NCBI RefSeq assembly: GCF_001447785.1
Contig: NW_015173145.1
Location: 131,967-195,966 of the forward strand
Source: Gekko japonicus
Lineage: Eukaryota
Direction: 5' to 3'
DNA length: 64,000 nucleotides
Numbering within the stretch: position 1 is the stretch's first letter; each line of letters starts with the position of its first letter. Position numbers and translations under genes: made by a program. The notes under the pieces are model-generated. The model was not told where the DNA came from. It did not search any database and saw only the letters and a list, made by a program, of their open reading frames with translations. Below, one piece after another: positions 12,367-25,675 of this stretch.

Positions 12367-13459
12367 GATGATAAAGCAAGGTTTCCTTTGCCCTGTATCC
12401 TATTAGATAATGAGCTTCCAGAGCTGTGGTGATACTTTGGATTCAGATAAAGCTTCTTGTGAAAGCTCCTCGATTTAAAGGCTAAATGATCAAAGTTCAG
12501 CTTTGTAGCTTTTTTTTGTTCATGAAGACCAGAGAAACTTTAGGAATTCCTCTGTTCATGAAGACTACAGACAAGTTTTAGCCTTTTTAAAAGAGTGCTT
12601 AGTGTTTTGACTTCTAGAAATAATTGAAAGGCAAGGTGGAATTTCACTTGTCAGGATTGTCTTGGAAATGGGGAATAGATTCTCATAGCTGAAATTCTGT
12701 TCTTCAGAGAAGAATACCTCCCCCTTCTCCTGGTACAGCTGCTGTTTCTGTTCCCCAAAGTAAAGTTGCTATGGTGCTGCATGTTGTACCAGCATCATCA
12801 ACACCAGCTTCAATTAACCTTTTCCCCCTTCTCTAAAAGGCCGTGTGGTATATATAATCCTCTTCCATCTGTTGCTTCCAGTCCCGTTGCCTGGAGGACA
12901 GATGCCGAAGAGGTGGAGAGGCTCTCCCCATAACAAGTCCTGTCTGCCATCTCAAGCGTTCCGGATGGGCAGCACTGTCTCTCACCTGTCCTCCAGGTGG
13001 AGCTGCCCGAGACCCTGGAGAGCCACTGCCAGTCACATTTCGTTAGGTGGGCCCGTGGCCAGACTGAGTATAACAGAGTTCCAGTATCCTGGGTTATGTG
13101 CTGCTCTTTTGCCTGGTGAAGGGACCCTCCGCACCTTGGGAAAGACTTCTGTTTAAAAGGAGCCTTTCCTACTTGCACTGCGTGCTCTCTTGGCTGGCTT
13201 CTCTAGAAGTAGTCTCAAGCAGTTGGTGGGCTCTTGTCTGCTGCTCTGAGTAGAAGGAGCCTGGCTTTTAAGATCCCTGCAGCCCCCTATGTGTCCCTGT
13301 TTCCTCGTCCTGATCAAAGGACAGGGCATGCAAGGAGATTGAGGAAGGGATGGGAGGTGCTTTTCTGGCTGACTAGAGGCTGTGTCTGTTCCCCCACAAA
13401 AGTTTCCCTTTTTGGCAACCTTGGCTGTTGTGCTTTTTCTGTTCCTCTAACCCAGCTCT

Positions 13460-13749
13460 TCCCTGTTTGGTGTAGTGGTTAAGTGCGTGGACTCTAATCT
13501 GGGAGAACCGGGTTTGAGTCCCCACTCCTCCACTCGCAGCTGCTGGATGACCTTGGGCAAGCCATAGTTCTGGCACAGCTGTTCTTGAAAAAGAGCAGTT
13601 TCTGTCAGAGCTCTCTCAGCCCCACCTACCTCACAGGGTGTCTGTTGTGGGGAGGGGAAGGGAAAGGAGTTTGTAAGCCACTCTGAGACACCTTTGGGTA
13701 GTGGGTAGTGATGGGCAGGGTATAAATCCAATCTCTTCTCTTCTTCTTC
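13460..13749 (+). mobile_element. Squam3-like SINE with long TSD
   Basis: Flanked by ttcctctaacccagctct (13442-13459, 13750-13767); (TTC)n tail. Confidence 0.9.
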
Positions 13750-14848
13750 TTCCTCTAACCCAGCTCTAGCTTTAAAGACCAAAAACTTACAAAATAGATT
13801 ACCCGATGAACGAGATGTTTGGGATCTTAAAGTAGTCTGTGGAATTAAGCCAAGCGAGAAACATTTCAAACGCCACACTCTCTGCATGCGTATTTCTGGG
13901 ACGCAGGGAGTATAGAGTTTCTGACAGGCTTTGGTGCAGAATGAGACCCTGCCGGGCATGTGACAGACACGGAGCCCAGCCCCCAGTCTCTGCCGGAATG
14001 GCTAAATGGCTCACTGCGAACGTCGCACAGTCCATATTGCCTGCTGTTTCTTTCAAGGCTAGCCCTTCTGGACGTGCTACTGAGCCAGCTTGCTTCTAGG
14101 GACTTTTCCCGTCTTCTCCAAAGAGAGAAACTGGGGGCAGCCCCTGGAGAGCAGGTGGCTTTCATAGAATGGTTGCTGCATGTGGTTGAATGACTGAGCC
14201 AGAAGGAGCTGGGAGGGAAGGGAAAGAAACGTGTAACAGAAGCAAGCAGGCGTGAAGGGGGAAAGATGGGTTGCAGGACTGTCTCTAGTGTGCTGCAGAA
14301 GCCTACAAGTGTCACCACTTGCCTCAGCTGAAGCTGACTTGCTTAAAAGGGGGTACAGCCTGAAATCCTCACAGGCATCTGCATAAAGATTCTACAGTCT
14401 GAAAAGCACTTTGGCTTCAAACCAGTTCACCGGGTTTTAGGGGAACAAAACTTTTGGGGTAGTTTTGGGAAGTTCTGAAACTTTAAAAAAAACACACACA
14501 CCAACACCAGGTGAACCAGAGAGAAGAGCAGTTGTCTTGCGAGGGCGCTTCTGCTCTCTGTTGACCACCACAAGTTCTTGGTAGTTCTGACCCCCTTTCT
14601 CAGTCTTTTCTAAATCTAGATCATAATGCCTGTTCTGCTTGCTCTGCTGGTGTGAGAAATTCTGTCTGCATCTACCCTGACAAAGAGGGCTCGGCCCATC
14701 CCAGGCACCAGAGCACCATGGCGCCTAGAAATTTCATTGTGGCGCCTGGTATTTTCAGCAGTCATTTACCATCAGTGCCTCTCAGTGTTTCTCAGAAGAT
14801 GTACAAACCTTTATTTAGGTCAGGGACAGAGGTTAGCTTCTTGTTGTA

Positions 14849-15348
14849 CCTGGAGTCCTGTGTCCAGTTTTGGGCACCACATTTTAGGAAGGATGTTGAC
14901 AAGCTTGAGCGTGTCCAGAAGAGGGCAACCAGGATGGTGAGAGGGTTGGAATCCAAGTCTTATGAGGAAAGGCTGAAAGAGTTGGGTATGTTTAGCCTGG
15001 GAAAGAGAAGGCTTAAGGGGACATGATCGCAGTCTTCAAATATTTGAAGGGCTGTCATGTAGAAGATGGAGCAGATCTATTCTCTCTTACTCCAGATTGC
15101 AAGACTAGATCTAATGGGTGGAAATTACAAGGGAGTCGATACCAGCTAAATATCAGGAGAAACTTCCTAACTGTAAGAGTGGTTGAGCAGTGGAACAGAC
15201 TGCCTCGGGAGGTGATGGATGCTCCTTCGCTGGACATTTCTGGGTATGTTGTAGGGGTATCTTTCGGCTATCCTTCTGCAGAGTGCAGGGGGTTGGACTA
15301 GATGACCTGCAAGGTCCCTTCCAACTCTAACATTCTATGATTCTGTGA
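14849..15348 (+). mobile_element. CR1 LINE 3' end
   Basis: [33 protein letters not shown]...WNRLPREV; attctatgattctgtga tail. Confidence 0.93.
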
Positions 15349-15420
15349 CCAGGGTTTACTCCTTATTTGTTTATACACAACAGCACTTTTGTGACAGCTT
15401 TAAAAAATGACAACTGAAGA

Positions 15421-15606
15421 TAGATTCAGGCGGGCAGCCATGTTGGTCTGAAGCAATAGAACAAAGTTTGAGTCCAGTGGCACCTTTAAGTTTAATTCTG
15501 GGTATAAGCTTTCATGTGCATGCAAAAGTGCGCATGCACACGAAAGGTTACACCCAGAATTAAACAGTGTTGGTCTTACAGGTGCCACTGGACTCAAACT
15601 TTATTC
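15421..15606. mobile_element. Penelope-derived palindromic repeat
   Basis: gagtccagtggcacct...aggtgccactggactc inverted arms; central cacgaaagg. Confidence 0.75.
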
Positions 15607-17145
15607 CAACTGCAACTGAAGAGTTTAGGATTAGGGTTTATGGTAGCAATAACTAGGAAGTTTGGCCATTAAAATATAAAACCCTGAAGGCTGAAAAATG
15701 TCTGGCTCCTAAAGCTAAAGAAAACGTGTTGAGGCCCGTTTTAAAACGGTGGGCTGCTCAGGCACCGAGTTAATATTGTTAGATTACAAAGTAATTCAAA
15801 ACAGCTTTGCACAGGCAGCCTTTGGGAAGTGAAATGATCTTGGTCAGAGACAAAGAGCAAGAATTGCCAGTTTTCTTTCCTCCTTTCCCCCTGTACAAGA
15901 TGTCAGCTGAGGACGGCACAACAAGAGTTCCATTGCAAGCACTTTTACTAGCAGTGGCCTTTATGAATCCTTCTGTTTCTTCACCCCAGATCTAAGGCAG
16001 TCTGCCTTTATAATTGCGCCTCTTTTAAATTCCTGTTTCTCCTCCTCCCCTTTTTACTCTTCAGATTCTAAATGCTGTGAGCTGCCCGCCATAATTCTTG
16101 TATACTCCCTTCCCAGACATTTGTTTCTAAAACAGGCCGATATCTTACTGAGGAGTTAGCTGGAGGTTACCCTTTGAGGCTATTTTTAACCTTCTCCCCA
16201 CCCCACCCCCCATAGATTGCAAAAATGTTCTGGAGTTTCTGCTTGTTCCCAGAACAGGCTGGCTGGAGAGAAGCCTTTAAAGAGACACTGCCTCAGACAC
16301 TGCAAAGGGATTGCAACGTCCAGATGCAGCCACTGAGCATTTTGTGAAACTTGCATACAGGAGAGAATCTCAAGGAAATCACTCTTCTAATAAAGGTTGT
16401 TGCCAGATGTGATGTTGCTGGCATGTGTTGGGCGCCAAGGGCCCCCCCCCCCCCCCCTTCCCCCCCCCCCCGTAACTAGCTTTTGACCTTAATGGAGAGC
16501 TCATCTCTCCAACGCCATTCCACCTCCTTTGATAGAAATCAGACCCTTTCAGTGCTCACATCAGCTGGAGCAGATAACGGTTTGCGTTGTTGTTCTCAGC
16601 CAATCAGAAATCCTCAAGTAATTTCTCTGAGTGATCACAGGCCTTTCCCCGGCCACCTGCTCCAGCTCATCCTGCACGGCAGGGGCGAGATTCCCGAGGA
16701 ATTTCCCCACCTTGTTGCGACTCAGTAAATGGTTTTGCAGCTTAAGCATTGTAGTATGGAGCACAGCGATCTCCAAGATTCCAATTTCTGAAAGAAAAAC
16801 ATATCTTATAATTATAAAGCATGGATTATAAAAAGGGGCAAAAAATAGATTTCTTTGCTTGCTGTAAATGCTGCTTAGCAAAGGATTTTAAGAAAAAGAA
16901 GGAGCTGTGGCATATCCAGTCCTCTTTCAATCTTTCCCTGGATCTAAACTTCTGTCTGTGACACCAAGAGAGGTGAAATAACCTTAACATCACATCTTCA
17001 TTTCCAACGTTTTAATGCCGGTTCTGTTCGGATGGCCCCCATCTCTTCCCCTTCCAGGCGAAGGAGGTTTTTACTCCCTCCCCGGAATCTCTGACCTTGT
17101 TCAGTAATGCTGCAGTAATGAATCATTTTTCTTTATGCCGCAGAT

Positions 17146-17350
17146 GCCCTGACCCAGGTAGGCCCAGGCTAACCCAAACTCATCAGATCTCAGAAGCTGA
17201 GCAGGGTCGGCCTTGGTCCGTATTTGGATGGGAGACCACTAAGAAATACCAGTGCCATGACACAGAGGCAGGCGATAGCAAACCACCACCGCTGTCTCTT
17301 GCCTTGACAACTCTACGGGGTCGCCATAAGTCAGCTGTGACTTGAGGGCA
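17146..17350 (+). mobile_element. 5S rRNA-derived SINE with RTE-type tail
   Basis: gatctcagaagctgagcagggtcggccttgg...ggatgggagacc resembles the 5S internal control region; tail ggtcgccataagtcagctgtgacttga. Confidence 0.8.
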
Positions 17351-17364
17351 ACCCCCCCCCAAGG

Positions 17365-17683
17365 CAGTGATGGTGAACCTTTTAGAGACCGAGTGCCCAA
17401 ACTGCAACCCAAAACCATCTTATTTATCGCAAAGTGCCAACACAGCAGTTTAACCTGAATACTGAGGTTCTACTTTAGAAAAAACAACTCATACGTTAAC
17501 TTAAGAGGATCCAAACAAAGTAAGGAAAGCAATCCCAAATGCTTTCATTGACTTCAAATTATTTGGCAGAGAATTCGACCCTTTAATGACAGTCTGGGCC
17601 TGGCTGGGGCGATGGCACGCGTGCCCACTGAGAGGCCTCTGAGTGCCGCCTCTGGCACCCGTACCATAGGTTCGCCACCACTG
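17365..17683 (+). mobile_element. hAT/Charlie-like MITE family C, copy 1
   Basis: TIR cagtgatggtgaacc...ggttcgccaccactg; reverse-complement match to 58678-58993. Confidence 0.85.
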
Positions 17684-18369
17684 ACCTAGTGGATCATTCT
17701 AGGTAGCATCTTCAGCATGTCTCCATTGAGAATGTGACTCAGAAAAAAGCCCATTTTGTATATATCAGTTATCCTACAGTGTTCTGTCCAGCTGGGAAGG
17801 ACGTGTCAAGCTAGCCTCAGAGCACTAGCTGAGTGCAAATTAAACCTTCCCCTTCCATAAGAATAGCTCCTTCGCAAGCTACCTGTGTGGTGAGGGCGTG
17901 ATTATGCTTTTTCACTGTTCTTAGGGGTTCATGAAAAAGGAAGGCATCTCCTTTCTCGATGGCCGCGGTGAGCTTTTCTCGTAACTGGAAGTATCGCCGT
18001 GACCCTGTGCTCCTCTCCTCTTGACACAAGCGCCTTCTCTAACCCTGAGATAAGGATCTCTGTTCTCACTTACCGCTCCCTGCCGCTGTCATTCACTTCC
18101 TGGCTTCATGTACACAAGGGGGAGGGGAGAGAAAACGGAGCCTACGGAGTGCAAAAAGCCTATGTGGTGATGTGCCATCACCCTGCTCTGGGATCTCCCT
18201 TCTAGGAACGCATGGTTCCCTCAGAGAGCAGCAGGCACCCTGCCCCCAGGGAGCGCCCTCCAGATCGCCAGCACGTGCAAACGGGCAAAATCTGTTGGGA
18301 GTAGCTGGTTAGTCAGTCTAGTATCCCTTCTCCTTTTTTTTAAATATGCACACGTGTGTGCGTGAGCAC

Positions 18370-18563
18370 ATGGAAGTCATGGTGACCTCTGGCAACTGAC
18401 CCCTCCTGGGGGCCTGGAGGATATTCAGAGAATAAAGCCTGCCCCCGCCTCCCACCTCTGGTATTCCAAGGAGGTCTCCCATCTGAGTACTTGCCAGAGT
18501 CGACCCTGCTCAGCTTCCGAGATCTGACGCGATCGGGCTGGCCTGGGCTACCCGGATCAGGGC
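18370..18563 (-). mobile_element. 5S-derived SINE
   Basis: ggtctcccatc...gaccctgctcagcttccgagatc is the reverse of the 5S-like segment. Confidence 0.75.
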
Positions 18564-18786
18564 CAGTGTCCCTTCTCAGCTTAGCAGAGGGCACCTTGGC
18601 GACACGCAGCAGAAGCCCTTCGTTCTCAGTGTGCTCGCAGAGTGACAAAGTTACACAGAGCCGCTTTATAGGTTCAAGACTAAGGCTGTGGTCTCACGTA
18701 CACACACACACACACTTTCAGTCCACTTTCAGTGCACTCCAACTGGATTTTACTGTGTGAACTGGCAGAATCCAGTTGGGAAGAGC

Positions 18787-18879
18787 NNNNNNNNNNNNNN
18801 NNNNNNNNNNNNNNNNNNNNNNNNNNNNNNNNNNNNNNNNNNNNNNNNNNNNNNNNNNNNNNNNNNNNNNNNNNNNNNN
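18787..18879. other. Assembly gap (93 N)
   Basis: N run. Confidence 0.99.
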
Positions 18880-19395
18880 ATAATATCACATTTAACATTG
18901 GCTTTCACATATCCAATACCCATATTTCCCTTTCCCCCCTCCCTTGCTAGTGGCTTCCCGCAGTGCTCGACCCTTTTTCCCTTTACATTACTTATATTTG
19001 CTTAAACATTTTAAATTCTATTACAAGATAACATTTCTATCAATATTGTTCTAAATACAATAAATTGTGTTTAACGTCCCAGGTTTCCTCTAGATAGTCT
19101 TTAAAGTCTTTCCAGTCTTCAAAAAATTCTTGATCTTCTTTGTTACTCAACTTTCTTGTTATTTTGTCCATTTCCGCCATAAATAACACTTTTTGTATCC
19201 AATCTGAGATCTCGGGCGTTTTCTCTTGTTTCCAGCATTATGCATACACCATTCTCGCCTCTCGGGCGTTTTCTCTTGTTTCCAGCATTATGCATACACC
19301 ATTCTCGCCGTTGTTATCAGGTAGTTTCAATCCTAGCAATAAAATCTCTGGTTCTTTTTTAAAACTACACTTAAACATTTTCTGCATTTCACAAT
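18880..19395 (-). mobile_element. L1/Tx1-clade ORF2 C-terminus and 3'UTR
   Basis: Minus frame reads YLITTARMVYA*CWKQEKTPEISDWIQKVLFMAEMDKITRKL...FFEDWKDFKDYLE. Confidence 0.75.
19211..19309. repeat. 50-bp tandem duplication inside the L1 fragment
   Basis: ctcgggcgttttctcttgtttccagcattatgcatacaccattctcgcc occurs twice. Confidence 0.92.
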
Positions 19396-19796
19396 GACTG
19401 ATGAACTGCATTCTAGATAGTGAAGCTTAAGAGAGAGAGAGAGAGAACCAACCTAAACTATCTTGGATGGGTCTGGATGCAGAGAGGCATCATGGATGTG
19501 TGTGAGAGGAGAATGGAAGGGAGGGAGGCCGTTTCCCGGAGGCCTGTCAATCAACTTCAAAGGACAGTGACCGGAGAGTAAACAGGAAGAAAGCCCACAG
19601 TCTGCCTATTGCATTGACTGGTTTGCAAGCCCCCCTTGGAGGCTGAGGCCTGAGACAGTGTCGTGGCCTTCTCTTCCAACAAACCAACAACTGCCCATAC
19701 ACGTGCTTTCTCTGCCGTGGCTCCCACCTTGTGGCGTGGCCTGCCCACTCTCCTGGCTTTCTGGAAACTACATGAGCTATTCAAGGGGGCTTTTCT

Positions 19797-20003
19797 GCTC
19801 TGGCCCCAGCTCCTGCCCAACCTGGCAGTTTGAAAGCAAGAAATTGCAAGGAGATAAATAGGTACCGCTTTGGTGGGAAGGTAACAGCGTTCCGTGCGCC
19901 TCGGTGTGTAGTCATGCCAGCCACATGACCACGGAAACGTCTTCGGACAGCGCTGGCTCTTTGGCTTGGAAATGGAGATGAGCACCGCAACCCTAGAGTC
20001 AGA
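19797..20003 (+). mobile_element. Sauria SINE fragment
   Basis: Matches the body of the full copy at 57525. Confidence 0.8.
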
Positions 20004-20254
20004 TGCAATTGTGTAAAGCTGCACAATACAAAATGGCTCACAAACTTACTTGGATAAATGATTGGGACTTGCAGTCTATATTGCGGTATGTAGTATATTG
20101 TTAATAGTTTCCTGTTATGTAATTTCTGTCCTGCTTAATGTGTCATGTGAATACTTATGCTCTCCTCCTGTTTCTTTCTGGTGGTTCCAAGCTTCTAATC
20201 TCCTAATGCCTTTGTCACCGAGTGTCCTGTTTTGTCGATCGTAGATCTCTGTAG

Positions 20255-20440
20255 ATAGATCAAGATGGGTAGTCTGTAGCAGTAGAAAAGAGCAAGAGGC
20301 CAGTGGCACCTTAAAGACTATCAAAATTTGTGGCACGGTATGAACTTTGGTGAGTCACTGTGTGACTCACGAAAGCTTATACCCTGCCACAAATTTTGCT
20401 GAATCTTTAAGATGCCACTGGCCTCTTGCTCTCTTTTCTC
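20255..20440. mobile_element. Penelope-derived palindromic repeat
   Basis: agagcaagaggccagtggca...tgccactggcctcttgctct; cacgaaagcttata. Confidence 0.75.
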
Positions 20441-20446
20441 CTGACT

Positions 20447-20888
20447 CAGAGAGAGAGAGATTGGATTTATACCCCGCCCTTCACTATCCAAAGGTGTCTC
20501 AGAGCGGCTTAACAAACTCCTTTCCCTTCCCCTCCCCACAACAGACACCCTGTGAGGTAGGTGGGGCTGAGAGAGCTCTGGCAGAAACTGCTCTTTTTAA
20601 AGGACAGCTCTTATCAGAACTGTGACTTGCCCAAGGTCATCCAGCAGCTGCAAGTGGAGGAGTGGGGAATCAAACCCGGTTCTCCCAGATTAGAGTCCGC
20701 ACACTTAACCACTACACCAGACTGGCTCACTATGTGTAATCCACCTGCTCTTATCAGAACTACGGTTAGCCCAAGGTCATCCAGCAGGTGCATGTGGAGG
20801 AGTGGTGAATCAAACCCGGTTCTCCCAGATTAGAGTCCGCGCACTTAACCACGACACCAAACTGACTCACTATGTGGAATCCACCTGG
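20447..20888 (-). mobile_element. Squam3-like SINE with a tandemly duplicated head plus flank
   Basis: Copy at 20447-20727; about 140 bp including the flank cactatgtg.aatccacctg is repeated at about 20748-20888. Confidence 0.82.
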
Positions 20889-23158
20889 AGTCCCTGTGAT
20901 AAAGGCAGCCTATAAGTAACGCAGATAAAAGTGACCATGGGGGGGAGGAATGGGAACTTCAGTGGGGAACAGGAAAGGCTGTGCTGGGTAGCCGCATGGC
21001 CGAGATGGGGAAGTTATTGCTGGAGAAGTGTGTATGTGACATTTATAACTGTGGGTGTAGGAAGCTGGGTTAGGTGGAAGGCCCACGAGCACACAGGAGG
21101 TCTGTATCAGAGCTTTCTATTAAAATGGAAAACAGCTGTTAACGCCATCTTTCAAGGATTCTCCTTGTTTTGCTCAAAACACCAAACTGATTTAATTCAG
21201 GCGACCGAGGACTCACAGCAGTGCAGAGACATTCTTTGAAGCACGCAGGTGGAAAATCCCAGCCTTAAGCCTTGAAGTTGTCTGCTGCAAAGCAATGCAA
21301 AGAGGGCCACGTGCTGCTGATAGGAGTTGCGTCAATGTCCTTCTCGTTTTGAGCTGGAGTCCCACCTTGCATCAGATTTCCACTCCTGGAGAACAAGTGT
21401 TGCCTGGAGCAGAAGGAGGCGGGCAGGTATTGTGTTTTGCTCAGGCTGGGGCTTTTTCCTGGACGACTGTTAGGCTTACTTGCTTTGAGACATCTAGATA
21501 AAGTAAACTTTTCTCTTGAGTCAGGAAGACATCATGTGCCATGTGGCAGCCATTCAAGGTGGGCTGAAGATTTTGGCTGAGGCAGGAGGCTGGAGACAAT
21601 GACCCTCCTGGTCTCTTCCTGCTTTGTGGGGAAGAAGGTCCCTGTGGTGTTTCAGAAGAAGGCTCTGTTCTCTAGCTAGCTGACTACTCCACAGAGGTTG
21701 CAAAGGTCTGACAAGGACTGCCTCCTTCAACTCCTGGGTGGAAACCAAGAGGGGGCAGCAGAGTCCCATTATCCGGCTTTTCTCGGGAGAGTCCCTATTT
21801 ATGGGCAGATGGTGCTCTCTTCTTTCAGTCTAGTGCTGTGGCTGGCCGTAAAACAGCTGCACATCTCCCCGGTCTCTGGGGCACCATTTATATGAAACGG
21901 CTCTTCCTCCACAAATGTGTAGCATTAGCTTTCACAAGAGGTTGCAGCCACCCAGCCACAGGTGCCTGGAGTCCATGCGTACTGGGGCAGGAGCTCCGGG
22001 TAGTATCCAGAGCCTTTGTGGTGTAGTGGTTAGAGTTTCAGGCTAGGATCTGGGAGCCCCAGGTTCAAATTTGGGAGCCCCACGTTTATTTATCGCACCT
22101 GATACAAGGAGGTGGAGACTGTTAGAACTGGGACTAGCTGATATACTTGATGAAATAGGATGGTGGCAGCAGCGGCTGTTGTGGGGCCTGTCTCCTTTGG
22201 TGCAGAAGAGATGCCAAGTACAGGCTTCCTGCTGGTTTCATCCACCGGTCTTTTGCAAGGAGTTATCCGACAGAAGAGAGCGTGAAGCAGTCCTCTCACA
22301 TCCCATCCCCCCCCTCCCCCCGCAGCTGCAGCAGAAGTTAACAAGGAGTGACTGGGCAAAGTCTGCCTGTGGTGACGACTCAGTGTGCTTATTGCAGCAG
22401 GGCAGAGGTGGAAGGCGAAAGCAGCAAGCGAAAGCATCCTCCTCCTTTTCCTTACAGTTGCCGTGGCTCCCTCCCCACAGGAAGGCCTTGGCCTCTGCAG
22501 AGATTCCAAGCCAAGCTGCAGTGAGGTCTGCCAGAGCGTCGAGCAAAGCAGAGAGCTCGCTTTGTGCAGGCAAATGCAAAAACCGTGTTTGTGAGACTCG
22601 TCTTTCATGCAAACTGGTCACACAAAGAAAGGTCCAGATGGATTTCAAGGCAAACATGTTTGGTTAGTTTCAGGGAGGCCAGGTGTTGGCTTTGCAGGTG
22701 CATAGCTGGAAACGTTATGGTCGATAGAGAGGGGGTGTAAGGGGGAGGGGGGGAGGTCAGCACAGGACTGCGAAAGCCTGAATAAGGCAAGTGAATTGCT
22801 AAAGTTATGAGATGTGGAGGCCTGCCCTGCACCCGACTTTATTTTCCCAGTGGAAAGCTTGGGATTTGGGACGCAAGGCTGGAGGGGAAATATTTTCTTG
22901 TTGGCTTGACTGAAATGCTAAAGAGAGACGTTTTACTCACTTAAAATGTCTTATCTAATGCTGTAAAGCTTTTTATCTAATGATTCCTGTCCATACTGTA
23001 GATGAGCGCAACATAGTAAATGTGACTAAGTCTGTCAATACGCTACAATGTGCATTATGATACATTCCTGAAGAATTCACTGTCATAAAATAAACTCTGT
23101 CTCCAAATAGGCTTCTAGTCCAGTTGTGACTCTATGTGACTGTTTCTGTCCAAGTAAT

Positions 23159-23499
23159 AAAAAGGTAAAGGTTCCCTTGCTCAAAAGCCAGTCAAATCCG
23201 ACTCTAGGGTTGCGGTGCTCATTTCCGTTTCAAAGCCGAAGAGCCAGCGCTGTCCGAAGACGTTTCCGTGGTCATGTGGCTGGCATGACTAAACACCGAG
23301 GCGCACGGAACGCTGTTCCCTTCCCACCGAAGGGGTACCTATTTATCTACTTGCAATTTCTTGCTTTCGAACTGCTAGGTTGGCAGGAGCTGGAACGAGA
23401 GACGGGAGCTCACTCCGTCATGCGCCACACTCGGGTCTCGAACTTCTTAACTACCGACCTTCCACAGCCTGCAGTTCAGTGTCTTAACCACCGCAGCTC
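23159..23499 (-). mobile_element. Sauria SINE
   Basis: aaaggtaaaggt is the reverse of the (ACCTTT)n tail; tRNA-like head at the right end. Confidence 0.88.
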
Positions 23500-23574
23500 T
23501 GCATATTTCAGTATTGCCCAGATTGTCAAAAAAACGGGGGGGGGGGTAGTCTTGCATGGCTTCAAACATTAAAC

Positions 23575-23797
23575 TTAGAAATATAGAGCTGGGAGGGACC
23601 TTGAGTGTCATCTAGTCCAACCCCTTGGATAGCACAGGGAAGCCACTCCCCCGGTGACCCCTGCTCTACACCCAGCGGAAGGCAAAAACCCGTCAGGATC
23701 CCTGGGCCAGTCTGTCCCATCAGGTGGCGACCTAGTAGCCTCTGCTTAAAAACCTCCAAAGGAGAGCCAACTACCTCCTGAGGACGCCTGTTCCGCT
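23575..23797 (-). mobile_element. CR1 3' tail, older
   Basis: gagctgggagggaccttg...catctagtccaacccc; EVFKQRL on the minus strand. Confidence 0.75.
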
Positions 23798-24873
23798 GAT
23801 GGTGAAGCTTGAATAAATGTCTTATCTAAAGTTTTTGAAAAGCACCCAAGCACTTGTCAGTCACACACACACCCGTGCATTTGCTTTTCATTCCTCAGAA
23901 CCCTGGAGGGCAGGATGCAAACAGGGAAGCCCAAGACCCTCTCTGGCTCTTCTGTTGTTTCAAAAGTCCGAGTTAGTCCTTCCCAGCAGGATGTGTTTAG
24001 CTACAGTGGAGACATTGGAGAGGGGTTGTGGTGGTTCTCTCTTGTGGGGGAGAAGCCTCAAACCTCTTCCCAGGGCGAGTGGAAGGCCTGTTGTCAGGGG
24101 TGGGCAACACATGGGACTTAGAGGGAGTTTTTTCTTCTTCAAGAGGCCGTAAGACCCTTATCTGAAGAAACCTTCATTGCCTGTGGGTGATGCTAGCCAT
24201 TATCAACCTGTTTCTAGCCTTCCATACTTATTGATAGAAAAAGTGATAGAAGAACTCTGGGCATATGTGGATGTCTGCCCTTGATCCCATTGCAGTCTGT
24301 CCTTAGGCCCGGTTTGGAGACGGGGACAGCACTTATTGGACCTGTTTTTGTTGAGACTGTTGACCACACCATCTTGACAGTGTCTCTGGAAGGCCAACAG
24401 GTAGAAGGTTTGTCGTTTATTTATCACATTTATAACTCACCCTCCCAGCCAAGGCCAAGTCAGGGGTGGTTGAGATGGTTCTGCTCCTATCCAAGTGGCT
24501 ATCCATGATAGGCAGTCATGATCAGCGGACTGTGACCAGTCCTCCCACCAGTGTTCTTTAATATGTATATGCCTCCATTGGTGGAGAATGACCTGGCACT
24601 GAGGGACCACCTGTCCCCAGTACGCGGATGAGATCTAGCTATAAATCTCCCTCTAAGCTACCAGAAGCAGCAGGCTCGGTGGTAGGCCAGGTTGCACGGC
24701 TGAGGTCAAGTGAGCAAGGGTGAACAAGCTGCAACGGAGTGCAGGAAAGACTGGAGTGATGCTGGCAGGGAAGATCAGTGGTACGGGGTTGCCACTAATA
24801 CAAATGGATGGCTTTGCTTCTCTGACTTGGTGAAAAGCCTGAACATTTAATCCAGAAGTACTCTGGAAAGCAT

Positions 24874-25384
24874 GGCTGCGGTCACACGGAGCATTAGCCA
24901 CGCTACCGCGACGGAAGATAGACGGGCTTTCCGGGCGCGATCTCACCGCCACATCTGGGAAGCGTAGAGCTCCCGTGGCGAACCCAAGGCTTCCCTCCAA
25001 TTATGCGCAGTTAAAGACTAGTACCTCGGAAGTACTAGTTTCCGGAAACCGTGGGGCAAGAGCGGGCGTCTGATCGCGTTTCCGGTGGCATCCGGCACCC
25101 ACCCATGCCCCATTGCGAAAAGGGTTTTTTTCCCCGAAGTCTGCAGGGATGCGCACAAGCACCCAACGGGGCATGCTCATACTTCAGGTTAAAAAAACAC
25201 ACACAACCCCGTTTGCCGTGCTGCGCCGCTTCTTTAGCGTGTCATGTGATCGGCACCTCCCCCCTAACCACGGGACCTCGATGGGTCAGCGAGGGGACGC
25301 CTGATCGCGCAGTCACGCGTTATTTCGCTGTGGGGCAAACAGCCACACCTCCCCCCACGATATCCGGCCCGTGTGACTGGGGCC
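24874..25384. mobile_element. CpG-rich PIF/Harbinger-like MITE, copy B
   Basis: Termini ggctgcggtcacacgg...ccgtgtgactggggcc; flanks cat/cag. Confidence 0.75.
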
Positions 25385-25404
25385 CAGGTTGAGGAAGTGG
25401 CTAG

Positions 25405-25675
25405 GAGTGCTGCCTTCTGTTTATATTGAGTGTGCCGGCTGTGCCCCTATTTTGATTTTGTAGACCTTGCAACGCTGATCCAGGCCACTGCAGTGTTAAA
25501 GCTAGATTATTGTAATGTGTCATATGTGGAGCTACCCTTGAACTCTTTGGAAACCTCAGTACAGAAAGCTGTTGCAAGATTATTAACTGGCTTATGCTAC
25601 TTGATGACACTGATGTTTATTTTACTATGCTCCAGTGCACATGATTATTCTGTAAGCTGCCTGTGGAAAGGAGGG
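25405..25675 (+). mobile_element. L2 LINE remnant, tail interrupted by an LTR
   Basis: DLATLIQATAVLKLDYCNVSYVELPL...VQKAVARLLTG resembles the L2 'RLDYCN...QNAAARLLT' motif. Confidence 0.75.

Noticed and set aside
17180-17240. 5S rRNA gene
   Set aside because: Partial, diverged and fused to an RTE tail, so it is a SINE. The same applies to the other 5S-like copies.
22071-22667. Overlapping long ORFs (198/172/139 aa)
   Set aside because: No recognisable domain or splice context, and open on both strands as expected by chance in GC-rich intron.
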